From an uncultured Acidobacteriota bacterium (GTDB taxonomy: Bacteria; Acidobacteriota; Thermoanaerobaculia; UBA5066; DATFVB01), in assembly GCA_963813155.1 (NCBI GenBank), contig CAWEYG010000001.1, forward strand, positions 352,001 to 416,000: a stretch of DNA of 64,000 nt. Reading direction: 5' to 3'. A model generated the notes under the pieces. That model made no database searches, was not told the origin of the DNA, and saw only the letters and a list, made by a program, of their open reading frames with translations. The translations under genes and the position numbers were made by a program. The number at the start of each line of letters is the position of its first letter. The first letter of the stretch is position 1. Shown here one piece after another: positions 46,855 to 56,358 of the stretch.

Positions 46855-48766
46855 TTCGCGTCGCCGACTACATCGCGCAATCGCTTGCTTCCCGCGGCGT
46901 CCGGGACGTCTTCATGGTCACCGGCGGCGGCGCCATGCACCTGAACGACGCGATCGGGCGCTGCAAGGAACTCTCGTACGTCTGCTGCCACCATGAGCAA
47001 GCCTGCGCGATGGCCGCCGCCAGTTACTATCGCTTGACCAACCGCCTTGCCGCGGTGAACGTCACGACCGGCCCGGGCGGCACGAACGCGATCACGGGCG
47101 TGTTCGGCGCGTGGGTCGAGTCTCTCGGAATGATCGTCATTTCCGGACAGGTCAAGTTCGAGACGACCGTGCGCAGCACGAACCTCCCGCTGCGCCAGCT
47201 CGGCGACCAGGAGCTCGACATCACCCGGCTCGTCGCCCCGATCACGAAATACGCCGTCATGGTGACCGACCCGTCGACGATCCGCTACCACCTGGAGAAG
47301 GCCCTGTACCTCGCGACGCGACGGCCGGCCGGGCCCCGTGTGGCTCGACATTCCGATGAACGTCCAGTCTGCCCAGATCGACCCCGACTCGCTCGAAGGG
47401 TTCGTCCCCGACCCCGCGCCTTCCGAGGAGGAGACGATCGCCGCTCTCGGTCCGGCCGCGGCGCAGGTTCAGGAACGGCTCTCGCGCGCGGAGCGTCCCG
47501 TGATCCTCGCGGGCAGCGGTATTCGCCTCGCGGGCGCGGAAAAGGAGTTTCTCGATCTCGTCGAGCGGCTCGGCATTCCGGTCGTCACGGGATTCAATGC
47601 CCACGACCTGGTCGGGCAGGATCATCCCTGCTACATCGGCCGCCAGGGGACGATCGGAGACCGGGCAGGAAACTTCGCGGTCCAGAACTCGGACGTCCTG
47701 CTCGTCGTCGGCTGCCGCTTGACGATCCGGCAGGTGAGCTACAACTGGGAGAACTTCGCCCGGGAGGCCTTCAAGATCATGGTGGACATGGACGACGCCG
47801 AGCTTCGAGAAGCCCACGATCAAAATCGATTTGCCGATCCATGCCGACGCGAAGGATTTCATCAGGGCGCTGGCGCAGTCGATAGCGTCACCCTCACCCG
47901 GCGCTTCGCGCCGGCCTCTCCCATCACGGGAGGGCGGTCTTCCCGCTCTCCCCTCGAGGGAGAGGGTCGGGCGAGGGGGCGGGCCTCCCCGCTTCGCTCC
48001 GTGGCTCGTCTGGTGCCTCGAACGGAAGACGAACGGTATCCCGTCGTTCTCCCCGAGTACTGGTCAGACGACTCGAAAGGAATCAACCCGTACTGTTTCG
48101 TCGACGCAGCTCTGTTCCGACATCTCCCGGACGACGCCATCGTCGTGACCGGCGACGGCACCGCCTGCATCACGGCGTTCCAGGCCGCCGCCTTGAAGCC
48201 CGGCCAGCGGCTCTACAGCGACGGCGGGAATGCCCCGATGGGGTTCGACCTTCCCGGTGCGATCGGGGCCGCCGTGGGAAGCGGGCGCAAGCCCGTCGTC
48301 TGCCTCGCCGGCGACGGCAGCATCCAGATGAACATCCAGGAACTCCAGACGATCGCCACGAATCGCCTGCCGATCACGATCTTCGTTCTGAACAACGGAG
48401 GGCTACCTGTCGATCCGGCTCACCCAGCAGAACTTCTTCCCGGACAATCCCGTCGGCACCGACCCCCGGAGCGGCGTGGGCATCCCCGACTTCGAGAAGA
48501 TCGCCGCAGCCTACGGCTTCCCGTACACGCGCTCTGAAGTCGCACGCGGAGATGGGGCCGAAGCTCGCACGGGTGCTCGCGAGTCCGGGCCCGCATGTTT
48601 GCGAGATCATCCTCGACCCCTCGCAGCCCTTCGCGCCGAAGACTTCGTCCCGGCGTCTCGCGGACGGCCGCATGATCTCCGCGCCCCTCGAGGACATGTT
48701 CCCGTTCCTGGATCGGGAGGAATTCGCCGGGAACATGATCGTTCCGACGCTGGGGCCTCTTCATGA
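46851..48766 (+). CDS. ThDP-dependent carboligase, YerE-like (frameshifted)
   Basis: VTGGGAMHLND, HHEQACAMAA, TTGPGGTNA, RQLGDQE, RAGNFAVQNSD and GDGSIQMNIQEL...VLNNGG motifs; located in a CDP-dideoxyhexose cluster. Confidence 0.85.
47890..47980. repeat. REP-like palindromic pair inserted within the ThDP enzyme gene
   Basis: CCCTCACCCGGCGCTTCGCGCCGGCCTCTCCCATCACGGGAGGG plus an inverted unit CTCTCCCCTCGAGGGAGAGGGTCGGGCGAGGGGG; same family as 30082..30130. Confidence 0.75.
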
Positions 48767-49789
48767 AGGAAAGCGCGGAGAAGGCGCCACGGCTGACGAT
48801 CGTCATTCCGACGGTCAACCGCGCGTCCCTCGTTACTCGCGCCATCGACAGCGCGCTCGCCCAGACCTATCCCGACATCGAGATCATCGTGTCGAACAAC
48901 GGTTCGACGGACGACACCCGGAAGGTTCTCGATCGATATGAGGGCGCGCCGCGGCTGCGAATCATCCACCTCGAGAAAACCATTCCCGTCAACCCGCATG
49001 GCAATTTCCTGTTCGACCAGGCGAAGGGCGAATTCTTTCTCGGCCTCTCCGACGACGACTGGCTCGAACCCCAATTCGCGGAAAGGGTCGTCGAGGTTTT
49101 CGACCGTCACGCCGGGGTTGCATTCGTGTGGACCGGCTGCTGGATCCATTACGCGGATGTCGCGGTGCCGGCCAATACCGGGCCGGAGCTCGAATCCGGC
49201 GCCGAGTTCATCGCCGGGTTTTTTTCCAATCGGCGAAACGTCTGTTGGTGCGCGTGCGTAACGAGAACGGCCGATCTCCGGCGAATCGGACCGATCCCCG
49301 AGTCCGTCATCTGCGGCGACATGTTCTACTGGACAAAGCTGGCCGGTTTCGGCGCGGTCGGGTGCGTCTCCGATCCGCTTTCTCACTACGTCTGCTACCG
49401 CGACGGCGGCAACGGAATCGCCGGCGGCGCCCAGATCCCCGCGTGGGGATTTGAAATGGACGAATGGGCTCGGGACATGCTCGGAATCAACCGGTCAAAT
49501 TCTCCGGAAAGCCCGGCGACGAAGGTCGTGGAAGCCGAGGCGGCCGAGTTCGTCGCGCGATCGACGGCCGACCAGTTCGTCTGGAAAGCGCTGCGGGGAG
49601 CCAGCCGCCGGTCTCTGCTATCGGCCCTTCCTTCCACGCTCCCCCTTCTTCGGAAGGGACGGCCGACGCTCTGGATTCGCGCTGCTGGCGGCGCTCTTCG
49701 GACCTCGCTGGCTTCTGAGGAACCGAGTCCTCGCGGAAGCGGCTCGAAAGGCGCAGCGCGGCCCGCGTAAAGAGGACGGCGAACATTGA
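48763..49789 (+). CDS. GT2 family glycosyltransferase (frameshift near 49690)
   Basis: LTIVIPTVNR...SALAQTY...NNGSTD and LSDDDWL motifs. Confidence 0.88.
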
Positions 49790-51057
49790 GGAGCCGGGCG
49801 ATTCTCGCCATGTCGAGTATGGCGAGCGGCGGGGTGGCTCTACTCGCCGTCGCATGGCTCGCGACCCGACGCCTGACACCTGAAGAACTGGGGTTTTTCT
49901 TCACGTTCATCAGTTTCGGGGCTCTAGTCCAGCTCGCCGATTTCGGCCTGTCCTACGCCTCTCTTCAAACGGCGGGCACATTGGCGGGAACGGGGCGCCT
50001 CGACGAGATTCGCCCCTTGGCAAGCCGCGTCCGACGTTGGAATCTGGCGGCTGCGTCCATCAGCGGGGTTGCGGTCACGATCCTCGGCGCCCTGACGCTC
50101 GGTTCCTCAAGGGCTTCAAGTGGCGGAGTGTCGTGGCGGGGGCCATGGTTCGCGTACATGGCAGCGGTCTTTCTCGTTCAACTCACCTTACCAGGCGTTT
50201 CTCTGAGAGAGGGGGCCGGGAAGATCACCCAGGCCTGGCGCCTCCGCCTCATCCAGGAGTGGTTCAGCGGAGCCGCCTGTCTTGCCGCCCTTCTCTTCGG
50301 CGGCCGTCTTTGGAGTCTCGCGGCTTTTGCCGTCGCCCGTGCGACAGTCGCTGCGGCATGGCTCCTCCTTGGCGACCCGATGTCCGGCGGCAGGGCACAA
50401 CTCTCACGATATCCGCTCCATAGGTGGATGACCGAGGCTTGGCCTTTCCAATGGAAGATTGGTTTGAGCAGCCTGTCCGGGTTTCTCATCTTTCGTGCCT
50501 TTTCCCCGATCGTTCTCGTCGAGAAGGGCCCGGTTGCCGCAGGTCAGTTCGGCCTCGCCATCGCCATCATGAATCTCTTGATCAACGTCAGCTCGGCCTG
50601 GCCCGCAAGTGAAAAGGCCAAATACGCGACGCGCGTCGCCGCCGGCCGGATCCGTGAGCTCCGCCGCGAGTTTCCCGTGCTTCTCATGGGATCGACGGCA
50701 TTCGCGATCGCGGCGGCTGCCGGTTCGTCCCTCGCGCTCCGGTGGGCGCGCCAGAAGGGATTCGTCTTCGCGGCCCATCTGACCGACCCGACGACGACCA
50801 CGATCATCCTGGCCACCGCCGTCGCCCACCACGTCGTCATCTGCTATGCGTTGTTTCTGCGAGCCGAGGGACGCGAGCCACTCCTCATTCCGAGCGTCGT
50901 CGGGGGACTTATTACGGTGCTCGCGATTTGGGCGGCGGCCCACTTTGGCTCACTGCGGTCAATCGCGATCACGAATTTCGCATGTGGTCTCGCCGGTATT
51001 CCGGTTGCGATTCTGCTTCTTCGATCCCGCTACCACTTCCACACCTTGAGAGAATGA
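49786..51057 (+). CDS. Wzx-like flippase / polysaccharide transporter
   Basis: LTPEELGFFFTF, LADFGL, WPFQWKIGLS..SG, AGQFGL and LRAEGREP motifs; multiple TM helices. Confidence 0.75.
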   Translation: MRSRAILAMSSMASGGVALLAVAWLATRRLTPEELGFFFTFISFGALVQLADFGLSYASLQTAGTLAGTGRLDEIRPLASRVRRWNLAAASISGVAVTILGALTLGSSRASSGGVSWRGPWFAYMAAVFLVQLTLPGVSLREGAGKITQAWRLRLIQEWFSGAACLAALLFGGRLWSLAAFAVARATVAAAWLLLGDPMSGGRAQLSRYPLHRWMTEAWPFQWKIGLSSLSGFLIFRAFSPIVLVEKGPVAAGQFGLAIAIMNLLINVSSAWPASEKAKYATRVAAGRIRELRREFPVLLMGSTAFAIAAAAGSSLALRWARQKGFVFAAHLTDPTTTTIILATAVAHHVVICYALFLRAEGREPLLIPSVVGGLITVLAIWAAAHFGSLRSIAITNFACGLAGIPVAILLLRSRYHFHTLRE

Positions 51058-51072
51058 CCGCGATCGCCGCGA

Positions 51073-51903
51073 TCAATCGACCAGCACTCCCGTGGTAGGA
51101 AGCGCCTGTTCCGAAGGTTCGAGATACGCCACCGCATCGACCCCGTTTTCGGTGATCTTGTAGCCCTTCTGTCCGAGATAAAGGTAACACTCCTGGCGGA
51201 CTCTGCCGACGAGAAGCGCTTGCTCGAAGTTGATGATAGTAGGACGCGTCGTTTCGAAGTCGATCATCTTGATGATCTCGAAGTCGAACCCCTCGGTATC
51301 GATCTGGAGCAAATCAATTCGCGAGAGCCCATGGCGAGCGACCAACTCCGAGAACGTAAGCGTGGGAACGACGATTTCCTCGATGGACCCCGTGATCCCG
51401 TCGAAGTTATGAACGAGATGTTCCCGCGAGAAGCTCGCAAGGCAGTCAGCCCAATCGGGTACTCCGGGCCCGGGACGAAAACGGTACAGGGTGGCCTCGC
51501 CATGGGTTGCTCCCACGGCGGAATTCTCGAACGCCAGCCCTGGTACCGAGTCGTAGTTCCGAACCAACCGGGCGAACGCGGCCGGCTGAGGCTCGACCAG
51601 GACTCCCCGAAACCCATGCCGGATGATCAGACGGCGGAGTGGGTCGTTTGTCCGCCCATCGTTCGCCCCGATCTGAACAAACGTGAAAGCGTCCGGCCTT
51701 TCGCCGTTGAGGACCATCCGCAGCAAGACGTCGCTGATGGCAAGGGCGAGAACGTTGTTTCCCGGCGGACGAGGCCAGTATCGCTCGATGTCGACGCCCA
51801 GGAGCCGCGCCCGCTCCCGAATCCACAAGAAGCTCTGGCGAAGAGACAACGAGAGGCGGTCAAATCCACCGCGTCGTTGGCCGGAGTCGTCCCCTGTGCT
51901 CAC
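51073..51903 (-). CDS. FkbM-family methyltransferase
   Basis: FVQIGANDG, GVLVEP, LLQIDTEGFD and PTIINFE motifs. Confidence 0.88.
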   Translation of the reverse strand: MSTGDDSGQRRGGFDRLSLSLRQSFLWIRERARLLGVDIERYWPRPPGNNVLALAISDVLLRMVLNGERPDAFTFVQIGANDGRTNDPLRRLIIRHGFRGVLVEPQPAAFARLVRNYDSVPGLAFENSAVGATHGEATLYRFRPGPGVPDWADCLASFSREHLVHNFDGITGSIEEIVVPTLTFSELVARHGLSRIDLLQIDTEGFDFEIIKMIDFETTRPTIINFEQALLVGRVRQECYLYLGQKGYKITENGVDAVAYLEPSEQALPTTGVLVD

Positions 51904-52231
51904 CTCGCGAATATTAAGCTACCTTGATTCGTCGAGTTCCCCCCGCCCGGCGTTCGGCGCCACCGCGGCAGCCGGATACGTCCAAAACGAGTATTTCGCG
52001 GAAACGGCATGCCCGCTCCAGTCTTCGACGAACTCTTCGCCCACGGACACAACCATCCTCAGCTCTTTCAACCCTTTGCAGCCATACCCTCTCGCCCCCC
52101 GCTGACTTCACTGTCGCCCCGAGTCCGCCCCAGGGCGAGCGGATTCAAGCGCCTGGAGGTGGTGTACAATTCCCCAACGCCTCCTGAATGCCCGGAGAGC
52201 GAGCCTTTTCACGAATCCCGCGGAGGAGCCC

Positions 52232-53470
52232 ATGACGACGCCCACGACGATTCACGACTTCAAGCCCGGCGATACCGTTCTTTCCTGCAAGTATATCGAA
52301 ATGGGCTCCTGTTTCGAGCCGGAAGGAATTCATTGCTGCATTCAGGGCACCGTCAGATCTCCTCGCATCATCACGGCCGACGAAATCCGGACCGGTAAAG
52401 CGACTTATGACTTGGTCGTCCAGCGAAGGCGTGACCTGTTCGACACGATTAACGATCCCTCCGTGGGGCCGCCGGATCCCTGCAGAACATGCGCCAATCT
52501 CAAGCCGACGAAATATCGGAACGTGAGCTTCGAATATCTGGGCGGCGAGAAATTGACCGCTGGCCTTAACATTCAGCACTTCACCGACTGCAATCAGCGC
52601 TGTAAGTATTGTGTTTGGACAATACAAGATTATTTCGTCAAGCCCCAGTACGACCCGCTTCCTTACCTGGAGGAATTCAGGAAGGCAGGAAAACTTCGCG
52701 GCAACAATTGGATTGACTTCAGTGGCGGTGAGCCGTCCACGCTCAAGAATTTTCCAGAGCTCCTGGGTTATCTGCTCGATAACAACATGGGGACGGTCGT
52801 CGTCTATTCGAATTCTGTCATTTTCAGTCAAGCGATCTACGACGCCCTGAAGCAGAATAAGATCATCTTGACGACATCTCTGGATGCGGGAACGCCTTCG
52901 ACTTACAAGAAAGTCAGGGCCATGAACGCTTATCCGACCGTCCTCAGGAATTTGATCCGCTATCGGAACAGTGGAACGAAGGGGTTGTGGCTCAAATACA
53001 TCATTACAGATGACAACAGAACAGACGATGATCTCTGGGGTTTCGCGCAGGCGATGCTGGCGCTTCGGCCGGACAAGATCCAGATATGCCCGGATTTCCC
53101 TTACGGCGAACGCCAGTTGCCCGAGGAGACGGTCCAATTTGCCGCCAGGATGTTTCATATCCTGGAAAGGTTGACGGGAATGAAACCGGTGGACTACACG
53201 ACCGATTTCGGCGATCCGAAATGGGTGAAATACCACGAGGACCTGGCGAAGGCGATTCAGGAGCTGGCGGAGAAAAATCCCTATGGGGACCATGAGCGCT
53301 TCCAGAAACTGAAACCATCCTCGACGATGCGAAACCTGACCGTCGCGTTGCGAAACAAAATCGATCGGTTTTGGCACAGCGGGTTTCGCGGGAAGGTGCT
53401 GCCTCCCGGAAGCGCCAGGGAAAGATGGGCCACCAATACCTACCGGCGCACCCTTGCACGCTTTGTCTAG
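52232..53470 (+). CDS. radical SAM protein with N-terminal Cys-rich (SPASM/twitch-like) region
   Basis: CNQRCKYC, FSGGEP, YSNS and SLDAGTPSTYKKVR motifs; N-terminal C...C...CC...CxxC. SD GGAGG. Confidence 0.88.
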   Translation: MTTPTTIHDFKPGDTVLSCKYIEMGSCFEPEGIHCCIQGTVRSPRIITADEIRTGKATYDLVVQRRRDLFDTINDPSVGPPDPCRTCANLKPTKYRNVSFEYLGGEKLTAGLNIQHFTDCNQRCKYCVWTIQDYFVKPQYDPLPYLEEFRKAGKLRGNNWIDFSGGEPSTLKNFPELLGYLLDNNMGTVVVYSNSVIFSQAIYDALKQNKIILTTSLDAGTPSTYKKVRAMNAYPTVLRNLIRYRNSGTKGLWLKYIITDDNRTDDDLWGFAQAMLALRPDKIQICPDFPYGERQLPEETVQFAARMFHILERLTGMKPVDYTTDFGDPKWVKYHEDLAKAIQELAEKNPYGDHERFQKLKPSSTMRNLTVALRNKIDRFWHSGFRGKVLPPGSARERWATNTYRRTLARFV

Positions 53471-53533
53471 CCGCCACAGATCTCGGAGACGGATGCGTTT
53501 ACGAGCGCATACTGCCGCTCGTGTAGAGAGCTG

Positions 53534-54655
53534 ATGCCAGAAACAGACTCCATCTTCGACGAACTGTTCGTGCTCGAGCTCGCCAACAACCACTGGGGCA
53601 AACTCGAACGAGGCCTCAAGATCATCGAAGACTTCGGGAAGGTCGTTCGCTACAACAACGTCAAGGCGGCCATCAAGCTTCAGTTCCGGGACGTCGACAA
53701 CTTTATCCACCGCGACTTCCGGGACCGAACGGACATTCGCTACATCAAGAAGACGATCGACACGCAGCTCTCGAAAGATCAGTACCGGGAGCTCACCGAA
53801 GCGATCCGGGCGAGCAACTGCCTGCGCATGGCGACTCCGTTCGACGAAGCCTCGGTCGATCTCTGCGTCGAGCTCTCGATGGACATCATCAAGATCGCGA
53901 GCTCCGACATCAACGACTGGATCCTGATCGAGAAGATCGCGAAGACGCGAAAACCGGTCATCGCGTCGACAGGAGGCTCCTCGCTCAAGGATACGGACGA
54001 CCTCGTGAAGTTCTTTCGCAACCGCAACATCCCGCTGGCCATCAACCACTGCGTTTCCCTCTATCCCAGCGAAGACGCCGACCTCGAGCTCAATCAGGTC
54101 GACTTCCTGCGAGATCGCTACCCGGACCTGACGATCGGATTCTCGACCCACGAGTACCACGACTGGACGTCGTCGATCATGATGGCGTACGCGAAGGGCG
54201 CGCGAACGTTCGAGCGCCACATCGACATCGAGGCCGACGGAATTGCCGTCTCGCCGTACTGCACGCTGCCCGAGCAGTGCGACCAGTGGTTCAAGGCATT
54301 CAAGAAGGCGAAAGAGATGTGCGGAGCGCCGGGCTCGCAGAAGCGGATTCCTCCGCCGAAAGAGACCGCCTACCTCGACGCTCTCGTTCGCGGGGTCTAT
54401 GCCCGGTACGACCTTCCCAAGGGATACCGCATCCACGACGACGACGTTTACCTCGCGATCCCGCTCCAGAAGGGACAGATTTCCTGCCGTGAGCTGATCG
54501 CCGGCGAGCCGCTGACGCGCGAAGTCAAAGCGAACGAACCCGTCAAGGTCGACATGTTCGACACGCCCTACGCGCACAATCCCGAGCTCCGCCGGATCGT
54601 CGAGGAGCGCGGGATCGATCCCCCCGCGGCCCCGCCCCTGCGAAGCGTGAAGTAG
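53534..54655 (+). CDS. NeuB-family PEP-dependent ulosonate synthase with SAF domain
   Basis: LELANNHWG, IKLQFR, TPFDEASV, IKIASSD, HCVSLYP, GFSTHE, FERH and C-terminal RGVYA motifs. Confidence 0.88.
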   Translation: MPETDSIFDELFVLELANNHWGKLERGLKIIEDFGKVVRYNNVKAAIKLQFRDVDNFIHRDFRDRTDIRYIKKTIDTQLSKDQYRELTEAIRASNCLRMATPFDEASVDLCVELSMDIIKIASSDINDWILIEKIAKTRKPVIASTGGSSLKDTDDLVKFFRNRNIPLAINHCVSLYPSEDADLELNQVDFLRDRYPDLTIGFSTHEYHDWTSSIMMAYAKGARTFERHIDIEADGIAVSPYCTLPEQCDQWFKAFKKAKEMCGAPGSQKRIPPPKETAYLDALVRGVYARYDLPKGYRIHDDDVYLAIPLQKGQISCRELIAGEPLTREVKANEPVKVDMFDTPYAHNPELRRIVEERGIDPPAAPPLRSVK

Positions 54656-54659
54656 CTCC

Positions 54660-56291
54660 TCACTCTCGCGCCGTCTTTTGGATCATCTTCGTTACCCGAA
54701 TCGAATATCCCGATTCTGCGAAATCCGCGTCGGAAACGACCTGGTAGCGCCGTCGAAGCCGTTGAAATCCGGCGGCGTTGTCGACGTTCGGAAAGGCGAC
54801 GTAATAGAGCTCCGAAGGAGGATTCCGGGAGATGAGGACGTCCGCGCTCGTCATGTAGCGCGGTCGCACGACGTTCTCCATCCGGAGCGTCCGACGAAAC
54901 GTCGTGGCGTCGAGAAGACCGTCGATGAACCATTCCTCGAGGCCGTCTTTGACGATCGCGGTCTTCATCGTCGGTCGGATCGATGCGTAAATCCGGTCCT
55001 GGATCGTCGCCAGGTGCGTGAATTCGAGGTTGTAAACGAGCTGATCGCGGCCATAGCCGCAGCACTCTCCGGTCAACGAAGTCATCTTGAGCATCGAATG
55101 ACTGCCGAAGTCGAACGTTCCGTAGACAGCGCGAGAGAGCGGGTCGACGGTTCGAAAGACGGAAATGAGACTGAGAGCCAGAAACCCCGCGAGGACGGCG
55201 AGGCGCGCCCCGCGGGAAAGAAAGACGATTCGGACGGAAATGACGAACACCGCAAGAACCATCGGGTAGACCGGAAGAAGATAGCGAAGGTTCGCAAACG
55301 TCGAAAATCGAGTCAGCGCGACCGCCGAACAAAAGGAGAAAGCGACGACGACCGCGGCGGGCATGCTCTCGACGCCGGCTCGCGCGGCCGCGCGTGTCCA
55401 TGACCGAACCCGAAAGAAGACCAGAATCGCGGCCAGAATCACGATCGTCCATACCCAGTGGAAGTTGACGATCCAGATTCCCGCGCCGTAGGAGAGTCGG
55501 CTGAGATCGTGCGGATCCGGGATCAGAGCGCGACCGATTACGTTCTGATTCTCGGCTGCGATCGGGCTTCGCCAGATCACGGCGCGACCCTTCGACCAGG
55601 CGAAGAGAAAGACCGCTCCCCAGGAAAGAAAAGGAAGGAATGCAAAGGTCCGCTTCAACATCTGAACGGCTCGGGGCCTCGGCGTGGAAGGATCGAGCCA
55701 CCACTGGACGACGAAGATCCCCGTCGCGAACAGATAAAGGATGACACCGGATTCCTTGGAGGAAACCAGGAAGAGACCGGCGACGAGACCCGAACGGTAA
55801 CGACCTTCGAGCAGGAATGCGAGGTAAAGAAGGGAGAACACCATGACTCCCGTGTCGGGGTTGAAGCTCTGTTCGGATGCCAGCACGATGGGAAGAGCCG
55901 CGAACGCGAGGGTGGCGAGCAGTCGCTCGGAAGCATCCGCTGCCGACGGAATGAGACTTCGCAGGATCCCTCGGAATCCCCAGATCCCCAGGATCGCCAG
56001 GACGAGTTGGGAAAGATTCAGAAGAACGGCGTTCCCAAGATCCAGGTATTGACCGAGGGATGACCAGAGCATGAAGAGCATCGTGGGATGTCCGAAAACA
56101 TCGAAATTCAGGAGATTGAACGGCAGCCGGACGGCCGCACGCAGGCTCTCGAAATAGTTCCGGCTGTCCCAGATCGGAACGAATGCGAGATGGCGCCCGA
56201 GAATGAGCGCGGTCAGGAGCGCAGGGCCGGCGACAGAATCCTGTTTCCGCACGAAATCTCGAAATTTGCTTCCTTCTGAAATGGGCTTCAC
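54660..56291 (-). CDS. multi-pass membrane protein, GT-C-like
   Basis: PIWDSRNY...FGHP, NPD, SKESG and NLRYLLP motifs; many TM helices. GTG start lies 10 nt after TATAAT. Confidence 0.65.
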   Translation of the reverse strand: MKPISEGSKFRDFVRKQDSVAGPALLTALILGRHLAFVPIWDSRNYFESLRAAVRLPFNLLNFDVFGHPTMLFMLWSSLGQYLDLGNAVLLNLSQLVLAILGIWGFRGILRSLIPSAADASERLLATLAFAALPIVLASEQSFNPDTGVMVFSLLYLAFLLEGRYRSGLVAGLFLVSSKESGVILYLFATGIFVVQWWLDPSTPRPRAVQMLKRTFAFLPFLSWGAVFLFAWSKGRAVIWRSPIAAENQNVIGRALIPDPHDLSRLSYGAGIWIVNFHWVWTIVILAAILVFFRVRSWTRAAARAGVESMPAAVVVAFSFCSAVALTRFSTFANLRYLLPVYPMVLAVFVISVRIVFLSRGARLAVLAGFLALSLISVFRTVDPLSRAVYGTFDFGSHSMLKMTSLTGECCGYGRDQLVYNLEFTHLATIQDRIYASIRPTMKTAIVKDGLEEWFIDGLLDATTFRRTLRMENVVRPRYMTSADVLISRNPPSELYYVAFPNVDNAAGFQRLRRRYQVVSDADFAESGYSIRVTKMIQKTARE

Positions 56292-56358
56292 TGGGTTTCG
56301 GATTATATTGGTGGCCGGGGAGGCCGACGCCGGTCGGAATGCTATTCTCCCCGCGGTC

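Noticed and set aside
46851-48766. Housekeeping acetolactate synthase ilvB
   Set aside because: No ilvN/ilvC context; the GGGAMHLND and RQLGDQE motifs and the location fit the sugar-cluster ThDP subfamily.
38900-49700. Wholesale pseudogenisation of the glycan island
   Set aside because: Similar single-base shifts hit housekeeping purN and the DnaC-like gene while catalytic motifs stay intact, so long-read indel errors are more likely. Polishing is needed to confirm.
51914-52200. Small ORFs between FkbM and the radical SAM gene
   Set aside because: No recognisable motif or convincing RBS; could be a remnant but cannot be supported.
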